DNA from: a virus
Lineage: Duplodnaviria; Caudoviricetes
Reading direction: 5' to 3' (one strand)
Virus record (IMG/VR): IMGVR_UViG_3300007511_001999
Coordinates: 1,464 to 65,463 of that record
DNA: 64,000 nucleotides
In this document: one piece after another, positions 10,665-23,700 of the stretch
How the letters are laid out: each line of letters opens with the position of its first letter
Position numbering within the stretch: position 1 is the stretch's first letter
Program-made: the position numbers and the translations under genes
The notes under the pieces: model-generated
What the model was told of the DNA's origin: nothing
The model's database searches: none
What the model saw: the letters and a program-made list of their open reading frames with translations, nothing else

Positions 10665-11713
10665 CAGTCGCAGGGCTCCTCACCTTCATCTGGAATATCC
10701 AAATCATCGCCCAAGTCGATCGCCGGTGCGTCGGGGCGCGGGCCATATATATCGCCCTCAAGTTCCGCGCGGTGAATGCTTGCAATCGTCCCCTCTGTCT
10801 TCCCGGGGGTTAGGCCTTCATTATGAGTAATGGCCCGTTCGTTGATACCATATAATATTGCAGTATCAATGGGAACATCGAAATCGCACAAGAAATTCAA
10901 AAAATATTCTACATCATCTTTTGTGGCAGCGCCGAGGAGTTGGTCCTGATACTTTAGTTGCTGAAGGCCCTCATCTGAACCGGAAACATATACCTCACAA
11001 TAAAAATTTTCCTTTTCGTAGTTAGTGTTATGTTCCTGCAAATCAATTAAGATATAATCTTCTTTGACCGCAACGTTAATTCCCTCGTTATTAGCATTTG
11101 TCATGACCGTCATCTTATTTTTGCTCTGAAAGTCTGTTGTATAAAAAAGATTGTAGTCCATGACTATCTCAATCTGGGGGATTTCTTTAATTACTCCGTT
11201 ATTCGTTGCGGCGGCGCTGCTTGTCAAATTAACTGTATAGTAATCTTGACTGGAAGAGACTTCATTGCTCAGCAAATTTACTCCCCATGCTGGTGCGTAC
11301 TGGGAAATGAGAGCGCTGGTTCCGAGAGGATCAGAGGCTATGAAGAATTTCTGGTCGAATTGGGGCACCTTGTCAAACGCATCGGCAAAATTTATCGAGT
11401 TGGCTGTCACTCCTTTTTTATTCATATTTGATTCAACAGCCTTTTGAAACTGTCGTACCCGAGTCTCGACGCCAGTAGTATTAGACTGGGGCTTAAGGTT
11501 GGGGGTTTCATAACGAATTCGACGATCGGCATCTTTAGGTGACTCTACTCTTACCCCCTCGTTGGAGGATGCAACTTTGGACACATCATAAAGAATTTCT
11601 TCATCGTAAAAAGCATAAAAGGCAGGATGGAGGCGACCTTGCGAAAGTAAGTACTTGCCGTATTCGGTCAGCTGAACATCTAAAACTTCTTCTTTTTTGT
11701 TAAAAAATTCCAT
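10664..11713 (-). CDS. Virion structural protein, N-terminal paralog of 2604..3557
   Basis: 349 aa. VLDVQLTEYGKYLLSQG...YAFYDEEILYD aligns by eye with ILDAVLTDTGRMRLAKG...FALGDDEMDYG. Confidence 0.6.
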   Translation of the reverse strand: MEFFNKKEEVLDVQLTEYGKYLLSQGRLHPAFYAFYDEEILYDVSKVASSNEGVRVESPKDADRRIRYETPNLKPQSNTTGVETRVRQFQKAVESNMNKKGVTANSINFADAFDKVPQFDQKFFIASDPLGTSALISQYAPAWGVNLLSNEVSSSQDYYTVNLTSSAAATNNGVIKEIPQIEIVMDYNLFYTTDFQSKNKMTVMTNANNEGINVAVKEDYILIDLQEHNTNYEKENFYCEVYVSGSDEGLQQLKYQDQLLGAATKDDVEYFLNFLCDFDVPIDTAILYGINERAITHNEGLTPGKTEGTIASIHRAELEGDIYGPRPDAPAIDLGDDLDIPDEGEEPCD

Positions 11714-11721
11714 TACCCTTC

Positions 11722-14700
11722 TCAGCTTTCCTGGTTATTGTTTAAATCATTTAAAACCGCTGTCGCCTCTGCCTCCGTATAGTCTCCAACGAACCGAGAT
11801 TGTCCAGTAGTATCCGAACCAGGGGATGCGCCTAGGCGCGGTGGCGGGGGAGGATCCTCCCACGGGGTTGCACCCGCACCCCTGGACACGTACTCCACGT
11901 TCTCGTCAATTTTAAGTAGTTCTACTAGAGAGAAATAATCATATGGCCAGTTGAAGCTGTAGGGAGATTCAATTGATGAAGGCACAAGAGGTATATCCTT
12001 TGTGAGACCACGCTTGGAAAGAATATCGTAATCCTTTGTGGCGCGTTGTTTCACTTTAAATACAAGCCACTGTATATCTGTTCTGCCAAAGATTTGATCT
12101 GTGAAGAAATCAGATATATTGATCGTGCTGCTTTGTCTTCGCATCTTCTGGTTGCTCTCGGGCGGCAGGTTTTGCCACATGTTTTGCAAATCCTTCGAGG
12201 AAAATGTTTCTGTAAACTCGAAGGCATCAAAAAAGATCGGACGAACTGACCTGTTAATGAGAAAGTCAAGAGTGGGAGGCAAGATGTAACGCTCCAAGAG
12301 TTCGACTTGTCGATTGTATCGGCCGAGATGCTCTTCCCAGAAATCTACCCTTTGCATTCGTTCTCGGCTGCGAGCTCTTTCCGCCAACGCAGAAGATCGT
12401 TCGAAGATGCTGGTGGGAGGCAGCTTTATAAATTCCCTTTCTCCACGAGCAATGCGGAAGGGCACCACGAGAACGGCTTCTCGCACCGTCTTGCTAGTGG
12501 ACAACTCTCCAACCCTTTTACTTTCACCACTTCCGAATCCCACAATATCTCGCAAGGATTCAACCTGAATTTCTTGACCAAGTTGATCTGAGTAGTATGT
12601 TTCGGGCAGATCTTGAACCCCCAGGAATACTCCCTTGTTTGCCTCCGGTACACGACCATACTGGTGCCACATGCCACGAATCTGGAAGGGAGCTGTGGAC
12701 GATGTGACATCAATCGGGCCCGCGGTGGCCCTGCGGTGGGCGGAAGAAGTGGGATGAGGCAAACAGGGGGTATCATAAAAATCAAACATAGGAGTTTCGA
12801 ATTTTGTTTGAATAACCCATTGAACTTTCTGTTGATTTGTTCCCTCTGGGATTGCTAAAATCTTATCAAAAATATTAACACTTGCACTTAGTTGCATCTG
12901 AACATAATCATGATCTCTCTTTAAATCAGAACCTGTGACAAACCCTATACAACTCGCGCTGGCCTGGGTGCCCGAGGGGCTTAATTGTAGATTACTTTCA
13001 ATACGTCGGCTGTAAACAACATTGGCTTTTGAAACAATATCCTGCAACGCTGGGCGATCACTATATGGCGCCTGAAATACGATATCGGCATAGGCTGCCC
13101 CGTTATAATAAGGCGGTGTCAAGTGCGAGAAAGTGATACCGGAGCCCCTACTTCCTGAAAGTGCTAGGGGAGTTCCAAATGCGCTGGCGCGACTGTACAT
13201 TCCAAATGTTGGGTTTCCGACATCATCTGCAGAGCGTTCAAGCAAAACCCGCATGCCATAATACTTGTTTTTCTTAACTGGCTTGAACGCTTCTTCTTCC
13301 TTCGACACAAAACTTGTCAGACCATCTTGGAAAAAGTTAACCGTCTCACATAAGAAGTTATCAATTGCCAAGTTGTAAATAGGATTAATTACATTCCCAT
13401 TCCAGCGAATCTTATTCTGGGATTGATTTTTGAGGGTACCGACCATCATGGTGTCGTAGAGTGAACCGGAGGCGTCGTATCCGCCGGAAGGACTGGAGAA
13501 GCCAAATAGTGACTGGGGTACACGAACAGACGCAGCAATGCTCGAACTCATCGACACTCCCGTGTCATATAGCCAGCCAGCGCCTAGGCCTCCTTCGGGC
13601 TCTGCTGCCGTGGAGGAGGCAGTATTCGCAAGAACTCCGCCTAACCAATCGGGGGCCTCCGCAACGTCAGAACCAGATGCTAATGCTCTTGCCGACAAGT
13701 AGTCCTGAGGGCGCCGAATGGCGTCGAATGGTATCTTTTGTAGATAATATCCAAATCGCGAACCTGTCGCGCTGGTCCAAAGAGTGTTATAGTCGTCGCG
13801 GGCCTGCGCGCGGTATCTGACCGGCATGAAAGCCTTGATCCCGGCGCTAGCGCTATGGCCCACATTAAGACAAGCAAAGGAAGCCGAGTTAACTGACGAC
13901 GACTGATATGACGCTGACGAATTGAAATTGAACTCCGAGTATCCTTCGAGGATTCCCCAATGTTGTTGGTTCGGCGTTTCGCCGGCGCTGGCCCAGGCGG
14001 AGGCCGACACTGATGCGGCACCAAAAGTCTCGCTGCCCGGTCGTTTGGCTGCGATACCTAGAGCGCCGAGGGCAGCAAACTCATAAGAATCACAATATTG
14101 TGCCTGTTTGAGATCGCCCGGGTTGGAGGCGGTATTACGAATAACATAGTTGCCAACCGCAATTCCCGATTTAATTGTGTTAAAAAGAATTCCGGGAGAG
14201 AATAAAGGTTCGAGCAAAATCCTAGACAGTGTTTCATTCGGCGTCGCTGCCGGGGCGACGGTTCCGCCGCGGGCGTCCGCGAAGTCGGGCGAACTTCTTG
14301 TGCCGGGCAATAACGAACCCATTGATTGGGAAAAATATGATGAAAGCTTAACAGTTCTTTCAGCAGGATAGAAGCCCTTATACGGGAGGAAAGAAGTAAA
14401 AGCAGTTGCCTGCAGGGTGGTTCCATGTCGAACAATATTATCGTCTTCTGATTTTCCGCGTGGTCCGCGGAGATCGTTGTCGACCACCCTAAACAATTCT
14501 AAGAAATCTGTGGTTGCGTAAACACTATAGAAATCTTTAGTTGAAGAATCAAGAGAAGACCCAGTTAAGTCTAGTAAGTTTCCTAGTTTTGCCAAAAAAC
14601 CATCAGTCGCGGGCTCGGTGAATTCATTGCCCAAATAAGTTTCTAGATGTTCGCTGATTCTATACTCCGGTACGATCGAACAGTCTTTTCCGGCAAGTCG

Positions 14701-17700
14701 AAGATTCTCTGCATAATCTTGATAGGGCCTATATGGGTCTAGGTCTTCTTGAAGGGGGGCAACCCAAGGATGAAATCCCATCAAAGTATAGTTAGCTGGG
14801 ACGAGTTGCGCGGTCGCCAGCGGGTAGGTTCCCTGAATTCGGGCCGGCGTTTCCGGGAGAGGTCGTATGTAACTAGCCGCTGGTCGGCAGGAGTTAGACA
14901 TAGCAGTGAAGATGGACCCCCCCGCCATAGCGCTAAAGAAATAGCTGTAGGTATTTTGAAGTTCGCCTCCGCCGGAACCAGTCCCTGCCAGAATCATGTT
15001 CTCAGTCAAAGAGCTGACATCTTTTCCGAGTTGGTTTTCTCCGGAAAAGAGAGCGAATGGTACCGATCCTGTGATAATGGCTGGAAGGGCTCCGGAAACC
15101 ACTTGTGCAATAGACGCCGTGTTTTGTCCGGGTTGACCGACGACTGGGCTGTACGTACCACTACCAAGGCCCGTCGAGGACGTTAGAAGGGTATATTTCT
15201 GTGGAGCGTCGAGAGGCCACGGGGAAGGATCCATGGCCATCACAGTAGTGGCCTTGGCACCCAAATAACTATTATAAACATACCCAAGAAGATTTTCGAA
15301 AGCGCTGAGTACCGTGCCCGTAGCGGGTGCGTTGGGCATCGAATAATCTATCATTCCCTGTGAATTGAGAAATTTTCCAGAACGAAGGACACGGCTTTTA
15401 TTCCAAACGTTTTCTGTGGAATAGTCGGCCCGGGTGCGTACGCGGGTCTGATATGCATTTACGGATCGAGGATAGACGCGTTCGCCATATGATGCATAAA
15501 CTGCTATATCTGCGTCGCCCGTTTTGTCAATATAGTCTTGTACTTCGTTAAACGCCTGATTGCTTCGAGTGTCAGGCCGGAGGCTCAGTCTGTTGTTGAG
15601 ACCATTATTAGAGAAGTAACCAATATTATTACCATAAGAGACCTGAAGCGATACATTGTTCCCTCGATCTGGGGATTCTGACCTGTCCTCGAATGCAGCA
15701 ACAAAAGGCCTATATCTAGTATCTATAGGCTGCTCAACATAATCTATAGATGTATTAGAAGACTTCGCGCGGAGGAAATTAATAGCATTTGTTCCGCCGG
15801 CCACAAATTGTGGCACCATAGGCGGGGGGTCCGCTATGGAAATTCGGTTAGCCCTTCGAAGTCTTCGAGCGACGGGATGTTCTTCTGTTCGCACCTGCTT
15901 CCAGGACGGATGCTGATAGGGTCCGTTAAGATTTAGCATGGCGTGATTGAAGGTGACAAAAGAGTCGCTTAATCTGGAGCCGGAAATGAAACGATATTCA
16001 TTCGAACCAGAACCGTACTTGGCGCCCCAAGCGCCGGTGACGGGATGGGCCCAAACTCCTAGATAGTCCGATACAATTTCGCCGGCCGGGTTAATCATAT
16101 CTGATCCTGTCAAGCCAGTATTTATGGCATGGGCGCCGCCTTTAACATCCTCAATAAACACATTTGTGGCCCGAGAGCCGGCATTGCCCATTCGATACCA
16201 ATTGGTCAGATTTGACTCAGCTGTGAAACCGCCTAGAAGGGTGCCCCGACGATTGTACAATTCTGTAACTTCTGTGGTGCTAAGAGCTTTGTTGTAAACC
16301 TGTAATTCGTTGACTAACCCATTGAATGGGTATCCAATGTGGTTGTTGCCCGCGTTACCTAACACTACAGGGCCTTGGCCTTGGGGAGCCGGAAATGTTA
16401 ATCCAGAATTGCCGCTGGAAGGGTTAAGGAGCGCTCCGGATGTAATCTGGCCGTTGTTGAGCATGGACACACCGTTAACATACATCTTTACAGCGCTATA
16501 ATCCCGATTAAAGCCGCCGGCTAGCATACAAGAGGGATCGGTGCCATCATAGCTAACTGCTAAGTGATACCAAGTATGAGGCAGGAAGGGGCCTCCGACG
16601 CCGGTTTTGAGATCCCAGCTAGAGGCGGTTATCCACATACTGGCCTTCGTAGCTGCGGCGCGGAGATCCGTGCCGGGAGCAGTTGTGCCGATGTTGCCGT
16701 TTCCGCCAGAAATAACCAACTCAGGTACCCAACTGGCGACCGAGGAAGAGCTGTTTGTACCCGGCTGAACGCGGGGCCAAAAGAGCAGCTGGGCCGGGGG
16801 GCTGAAGGAGAGACCAGTCGCGGACTCGGCTGGCCAGGACCATAAAGCCATGACCGGGGCTGATTCGCGAAGGGCGTCCAATGCTCCGCCGTGGGATTGA
16901 CTATTGCCAGGCCAGGTCTGGCCGGCCGAGGCCGTCGCATGGGAGCCGGTTTCGCCAGCGGCGTTCGCAAAGGAGCCACTATAAAGGATTTTAAACCAAG
17001 TGGATACGGTCCAAGCCGAGTTAGGGCCAACTGAGTTTCCGAGACCATTGGCGGAAGCGCTATAGGCAGTCGGAGCATTGTATTGCGCCCACTGCTTTTT
17101 TTCACCGCATACAAAGTTTGGACCCTGTCCGCGGAGTCCGCTGGGGTCCATTCCGAGGGTGGAGCCACTTATTCTCAGCGACTTTCTGTTTACTTGAAAC
17201 GCTGGGGGCTCTAAAGTATGGGTATCCAAGTTCGCATAGCGCATTGCTTGCGGACTATAAGCAAAGCCAGCAATATTGACACTTGCGCTATCGATTAGTG
17301 ATGAGTAAGGAGGCTCATAAAGCTGATTCATGGAAGTGGCAGTATCGGCTGCGGCGCCATAGGTGCCGGAGGGACGTCCCTGGAAGGGATATAGGCCGGG
17401 AACAATTGTGCCAGATGTAGATTGTAGGCCGGGTTCGACATATGCAGAAATTTCGGGAACTTTGGGTACAGTGTTTTTGTAAAAGCCATATAGAGGCAGT
17501 TCCGCCGATGGTGCCTCGCTTGAGTCTATCGGTGGTCCACTCCCCCAAATTCCGACCAGTTTTTGGCGACTAACTTCATCATAGAATGCCAGAGGGCCGT
17601 CTTCGGTCGAGATATCTTCCGGATCAGAACCGAGGGGCCACCATGCAACCAAGCGATCTGGTGCGTTGGAAGCCTTAAGGTTAAACCTAACTCCGTTATT

Positions 17701-20700
17701 ATAGATGGTGGAAGCTTCGCCGGCTGACAATGCTTTTGTCCAAACTGCAAGGTCGCACATATGGCCGCGATAATCCATAGTGTTGACCTCCGAGGCGCCG
17801 ACGCTCATGCCGTAAACACCGAAGCCGGCTGGGTCCGAGGTGGCTGCTCCGGCGCCGTTATCCAGAGCCCCGTTTATATAAATATTTGGAGGATTTCCCT
17901 CATATACTCCTTCATACGTGACCACCACATGGTACCAAGTATCTGCACTCAAACTCGTTGAACTTGCTCGATAATTACCCCCCATAACTGGGCCGTTATA
18001 TGCTCGAAGGGGAGCAGGGAGGCCCGCTCCGTATATTTCTAGATATCGCGCGAAACCGCCCCACGATACGAATTTAGGGATAGAATCAACCATAGTAGTA
18101 GGTCGTATCCACATTGAATAACTATAAGCCTTGGCTGCACCGACGGGACCACCAATCAGGGCGTTCCACTTATCACGTGCATATTCGTCGGCATCTTCGA
18201 GGCCGTAGTTGGCGCTGTTCCAGTTTGCAGATTTATTTCCAATATACCACGGTGTGTCTGTCTGTCCAGGTGCTGGGATCTTCTGATCAAACCCATAAAA
18301 CGGAACATCTGCTTCCAGAGATGCTGTAACCCACGCGTAGTTTCGATCAGCATTGGGAACACCATGTTGCTCAAAGAGGTTGTCATATAGAGAGCCGGTG
18401 ACGATGGGCCACGTCGACGGAGAAGCCGGAATCAAAGATTGATAGGTGCCGTAGCCATCAAAACCGTCGGCCGCTATGAGATCGCAACCGACGCCGGCAT
18501 TAAAGAACTTCGCCGCCTTCGGTGCCACGTTATATATGTTAAAGGAATCCCGATGATTTATCACGCCATCGTCTGGTTTTTTCCATATGCTGCTGTCGGA
18601 GAATCGCCACCAAACCGCAAGATTATCAATTTTCATTTTGCTCAAATCATACAGTTGGTGATGATTATAGATTCGTGATACTTCAGCGGCACTTAGCTCA
18701 ACATCCCATATTGCAAGATTGCTTAGGTTGCCCTGGAAGTAGCCGGACGAGGCGATCGGGTCTACACCGTTAGCAAAATATCCCAGCCATATATTGCCGG
18801 TGGTGCCGGTATATATGTCCGTGGGACCATTAAGTTGTTGTACAACAGTGGTATCTAGGGCTCCATCAAGATATATGTTCATATAGTCGTCGGTGCCAGA
18901 ACCCCCGGGATCTCCGCCGGCAAAAGTACAAACTACGTGATGCCACCTATCCTGAGTTATGGCTGAACTCTTCACGACGCCGTCCTGAGTGCCGTTTATA
19001 CCAAAGCGAATAGTATCATCGCTATTAAACAAGTATATGGCGCGCTTATTATTGCCACTACTGGTGCCGTCACCAATAATCGATTGGCCGTTGGCGACGG
19101 TGGTATCGGTGCACAGGATCCAAAAGGAAACACTAAAGGATTCAGCGTTCGAGCCGGCGCCGCCGATAAGATTGCTCCAAGCTGCACTGTTCCAGCCGCC
19201 TAGTTTGAGCTGATCGCTGTCGGCGTTGTTGAACCATAACGATCTAGTTTCCTGAGTAAATTTGAGCCTCTTTTTTGTATTCCTTTGTGTCTTGTGAAAA
19301 CTAGCAGAAGTAACAATGCCATCGCCAAGGATGCCATCGCTGTTGCCGGCCTGAGAAGCTGACAAAGATAACTCGCCAAATGCTGAGTCGGCGCCGAAGG
19401 GACCGCAATGAAGTGTCGAAAGCTGATTTAACCCACGTGGGTGGTCAATCTGATCCAAGGGAGCAACGATAGATGCTGAAGCTGGGGCGCTGGCGCTCGT
19501 GGGTATGCCATAGTCAATGACAGTCCGATTGCGATAAGGAAGAGCGTTATAAACCGAGAACTCTTCATGCGCAGGGTCCATATAACCCTGAGATGATACA
19601 TCATAGCCGCCCGGGGCACTGAATCGATTAACAATTACCGTTTGGTTTGAGTTGGAGCCTGTTCGAATTGGGAGTGCATAATCAAGGGTGCCACTTGGGT
19701 TTGTTGTTGGCCCCCAGCCGCCAACCATGGGACTATCTGTCGTTATCGCAGTTGACGCCAAGTTGGTCGCCGTACCGTCCCATGAAGAAGAGTTGGCGCT
19801 GTGAATTGTGCCGTTATATGTATCGACAGCATCCCCAAGGATTGCTTTTCCGTCGCCCAGAGGCCACCAAGAAACAAGGCCATCGCCTACCAGCTCTACT
19901 ATGTTAATACGGCGCCCTTCTCCATACAATGTGGTAACTTCTGCCGCACTTAGCGCTCGACCCCAGACGGCCGGGTCGCACATATAGTGCTCGCCATCGG
20001 CCGTGCCCAGACCGCCACCGTTTGCCGAAAGAGTAAAACCATGAGTGGAAAGAGCGGCGCCTGGGGTGGAATTCGCGGTCGAGGTTGACGCCAACGTCCC
20101 ATCCACATAAATTTGAGGCACCGCAAGGGCCCCGCCGGCGAATGTAACCACTACATGATGCCAAGTATTCAGAGCGACCACATTAGAGGTCGTCCGGGCG
20201 AAGTTGGCCGCGCCGGTAGTGCATTCCAGCTTCCCAGTGGTACCATAATATATAAGGCGCCGGAAGCCGGTACCGTAGACGCCGAAAGTCCAAATGTATT
20301 CACCATTCACAAAGGCAGTAGTTGGTTTAATCCACATTGAAACAGTAAAGGCTTTTTGGCTGGCAACGCCGCCGCCGACGATCGGTTCCCATGCGGCGAC
20401 GGTCCCAAACGTGGCATAGTCATCCGACCCATCGAAATATATACTCTTGGTAGGCGGATCCATAAGAACAGTGCGGCCGCGGGTGGCAGGAGTTTCCGGA
20501 TTGGGAGCAAACGTAAATGTCCCCTCACGGAAATAAGGATCGTTCTGCGACCTTCCCGCGGTTTGAATGACTTCGTAGTTCTTCGTGTAGTTACCAATTC
20601 GATTGTGATCGATTGTCCCGGACATAGACTGGCTCAAAGACGCCGTGGTCATGAGAATGTTCTTGATGTTTATGGGGCGCTTGGCATGTTCTCCTCGCGG

Positions 20701-23700
20701 CAGGTTTGCTTTGGGTCTGTCATAAAGGTTTGTAGTGCCGCCAGCTGTGTCCAACTCAGGATACTGCGGCGAGACCACCTGTAGATGGCCCGAGGATGCC
20801 TTCCAGGGGCTTCCGGTGTTGGAGCCCGTGAACTCGTAGCCCATTTGCACTCGGAAGCCTTCAGGGCGATTCACGCGGCTGTCAAGGCCATTGAAGTTGT
20901 TGGCCATGGTGAGCGGATCGGAAATACTGTCGGGGGATCCAGATTGGTTCAGTTCAATATGACGGTGCTGTCGGCCTCCAACAAACTTCTCAGTAAAGGG
21001 CCCCTGCATTGGAACATCTGTCTGATCTGAGGCAAGGTCAGCATGCATGTTAGTGATGATTGTACTGCCAGTAAAGTTCGACATCTCGCTTGATAGAGCA
21101 TCACTAATAGATGAGCTGTACAGACTAAAGGGTGCAACCGTGGCGCCGTCGGCGTCTCTCTCATACACTTCATAACTTGCTGACTGGACTCCCATTCCAA
21201 ATCCATAACGAACTTTCTGAGATGGGAAGTACTCATCTGATGAGCTTATCAGACTCTCTACGTCTGCAGACTTGGCGACCATGATATCGCTTGGTACCGC
21301 GCCATAGGTTCCCTGACCCACTGTGGGGCCCGCTGGCGCCGTCGCCTCATACACGACACCCTTGCGCTGGCTTGGGTGTCTAGCAACGCCTCCTAGAACC
21401 ACAGAGCCTCCTCCGCTGAATCGGTAGGGGCGCCCTAGGGTTCGGTTGTTGGAAGACTTGATGGCGTTAAGGAGGACCTCTCTGTCGGCATCAACATTGT
21501 CAGGAGTAGCAAAGGCTGGCAGATCTCTCCCAGCCCGGTTCTGCCACCAAACTGATTTACTGTTCTGGGCGGGGCCATTATAGTTGGCAATAAAGTCAGG
21601 TGAGTCAGCCTCAATATCTGACGCCGAATCAAAGTTCGTAGGAGTCCCGTCGCGACCGCCGACTTCATCGGCTAAAGCGCCGGCGCCGGTATAAGTGTCG
21701 TCCAAACCATTGCCCAGTTTCCACCACGATAAGAGATTTGATTGGCAAGTACTTGTGCTTAATTTAACTCGATCGCCGCCGCCATAAATTTCGGTTACTT
21801 CGGCAGAAGAAAGCTCTTTGTCCCACACAGCGAAGTCGCAGTAATTACCTGCGGCCTCCTGCGAGCCGGTGCGAACTCCTATGGTAGAAACGGCACTGTT
21901 GATGGCTTCGGGGGCGGATGCGGGGGTGGCATATGCTGGGTTAGTGTTGTTAACTCCATTAATATAAACTTTAATAACTCCATATTCTGTCTCGCCTGTG
22001 TCGACATCGCCATCAAATGTTACAGTAATGTGAGTCCAAACACCGACAGCAACGACAGCAGATGAGCGGACAGAACTTACGTTATTAGACGAATTTGAGG
22101 CCAATATCGATCCATCACTGGTAGTATAGAGGAAGACGCTCCTCTTCCCCGTACCGAAAGAATACAAATATGGGTTTGCTGGAGTCGACAAAGAGCCTCC
22201 GCGCTTATACCAAAAAGAAACACTATATGGTTTTGCAGCATCTCCGGCACCTCCTATGAGAGGCTCCCAGACGCTAGCGCCATTCCCAATATCCACATAT
22301 TCATCGGTGCCGTCGAAAAGCAAAGAAAGGGGAGTGGGGGTTGTAGATCCCAAGGGGGCATGGTCATATTTCCAACTATTAAGCACCGAAGTATTTGGCA
22401 TGCCAGTAACTCGTTTTGTAGGCGCCTGTGCTGATTCAATGCCAGTGCCCTGAGCGTCATTGATAATAGAGTTAACAGTAATTGGCGTGGCGACAGTTCC
22501 AATTGATCCTGTTATATCTGGATCGGACTGGGCCAAGAACGGGAACTTGTTCTGATATTTACTCCTCTCTAAAATGTGACTTTCAATCAAAGTTCGAATG
22601 TTGGGATCAAAATCCAACGAAATAGGAGCCAACTGTCCGAGGAGAACGCTGAGGGCTCCATCGATCCATTTATAATACTCAAAGAACTTTTCAAAGTCTA
22701 TCTCGCTATTGGAGACGCCTTCAAAGAAGCGTTGACGCAAGAGCTTAAGTCCCTTGTACTCGCCTCTATAACGATTAACCGGGGCGCCTATAATGGTGTT
22801 TAAGTCTGTAAGAGTTGCAAAGTAATTGATCATCTGATCAGAAATTGACTGTTGCATACTCTTCTCAAACGCCAAGAAATAGTTAAGTGGCCGTGAGTCA
22901 CGCGTGAACTCAACCTGATCCTGTTGCGACAGGACTGTGATCATGTCCGATGACTCTAGAGATTCGGGCAGATTCTGCTTGGATGCCACCACATATTCCT
23001 TGTCAACAACAGTGCTGGTACTAGCGGAAAAGTTCGAACCAGAACCTGGGTGCTGATAATAAAGTATGTTTCCAAGCCAATCGTTCCTAGTTGATGCCAT
23101 AGTTGCAGAACCAGAAGACAAATCAGCGACGCGGAAGCTGCCGGCAGCAGAGGATCCGGTATTCTGGTTGAAGTCCCAGTTCAACATTAATGTGTTGATA
23201 CGTGGAAGGTCACCGTAGCTAGCGGTGGCTTGGAATGGGAACGCATAGAGCCCTGTGTCAGCGAGACCATAATTGGTGGGGTCGAGGGCGTGAGCTTTGA
23301 TTGTCTCCTGGCTGAGCTTGTCGAGCCACAATCGGCACGAGCCAATCTTAGCATCACAGCGCTGAAGGACAGTCCCTGTCATGTTCGTGCGGTGGGCGCC
23401 AACGAATGCTCGACGAGAACCAGTTATAAAGGCTGCTCCAGGGGCGGTTGCCGTGCCTGTCACATTGAAGCTATTAACAACCACACCAGCGTCAACATTG
23501 ACTCCTTGGAATTCAATATCATAGTCAGCTATGGGCGCGGTAGGCACATATGCTGTCCAAGGATAACGAGAGGGGCTAATCTTAACAGCAAAGTTCCACT
23601 GGTTATTATCATAAACATCATAATACATCGAACTCGTAAGAGTTGGTACCTTGCCGCCGGCGCTACTCTTCAGGATAAAGGTGACATTAGGAGAGTCCTT

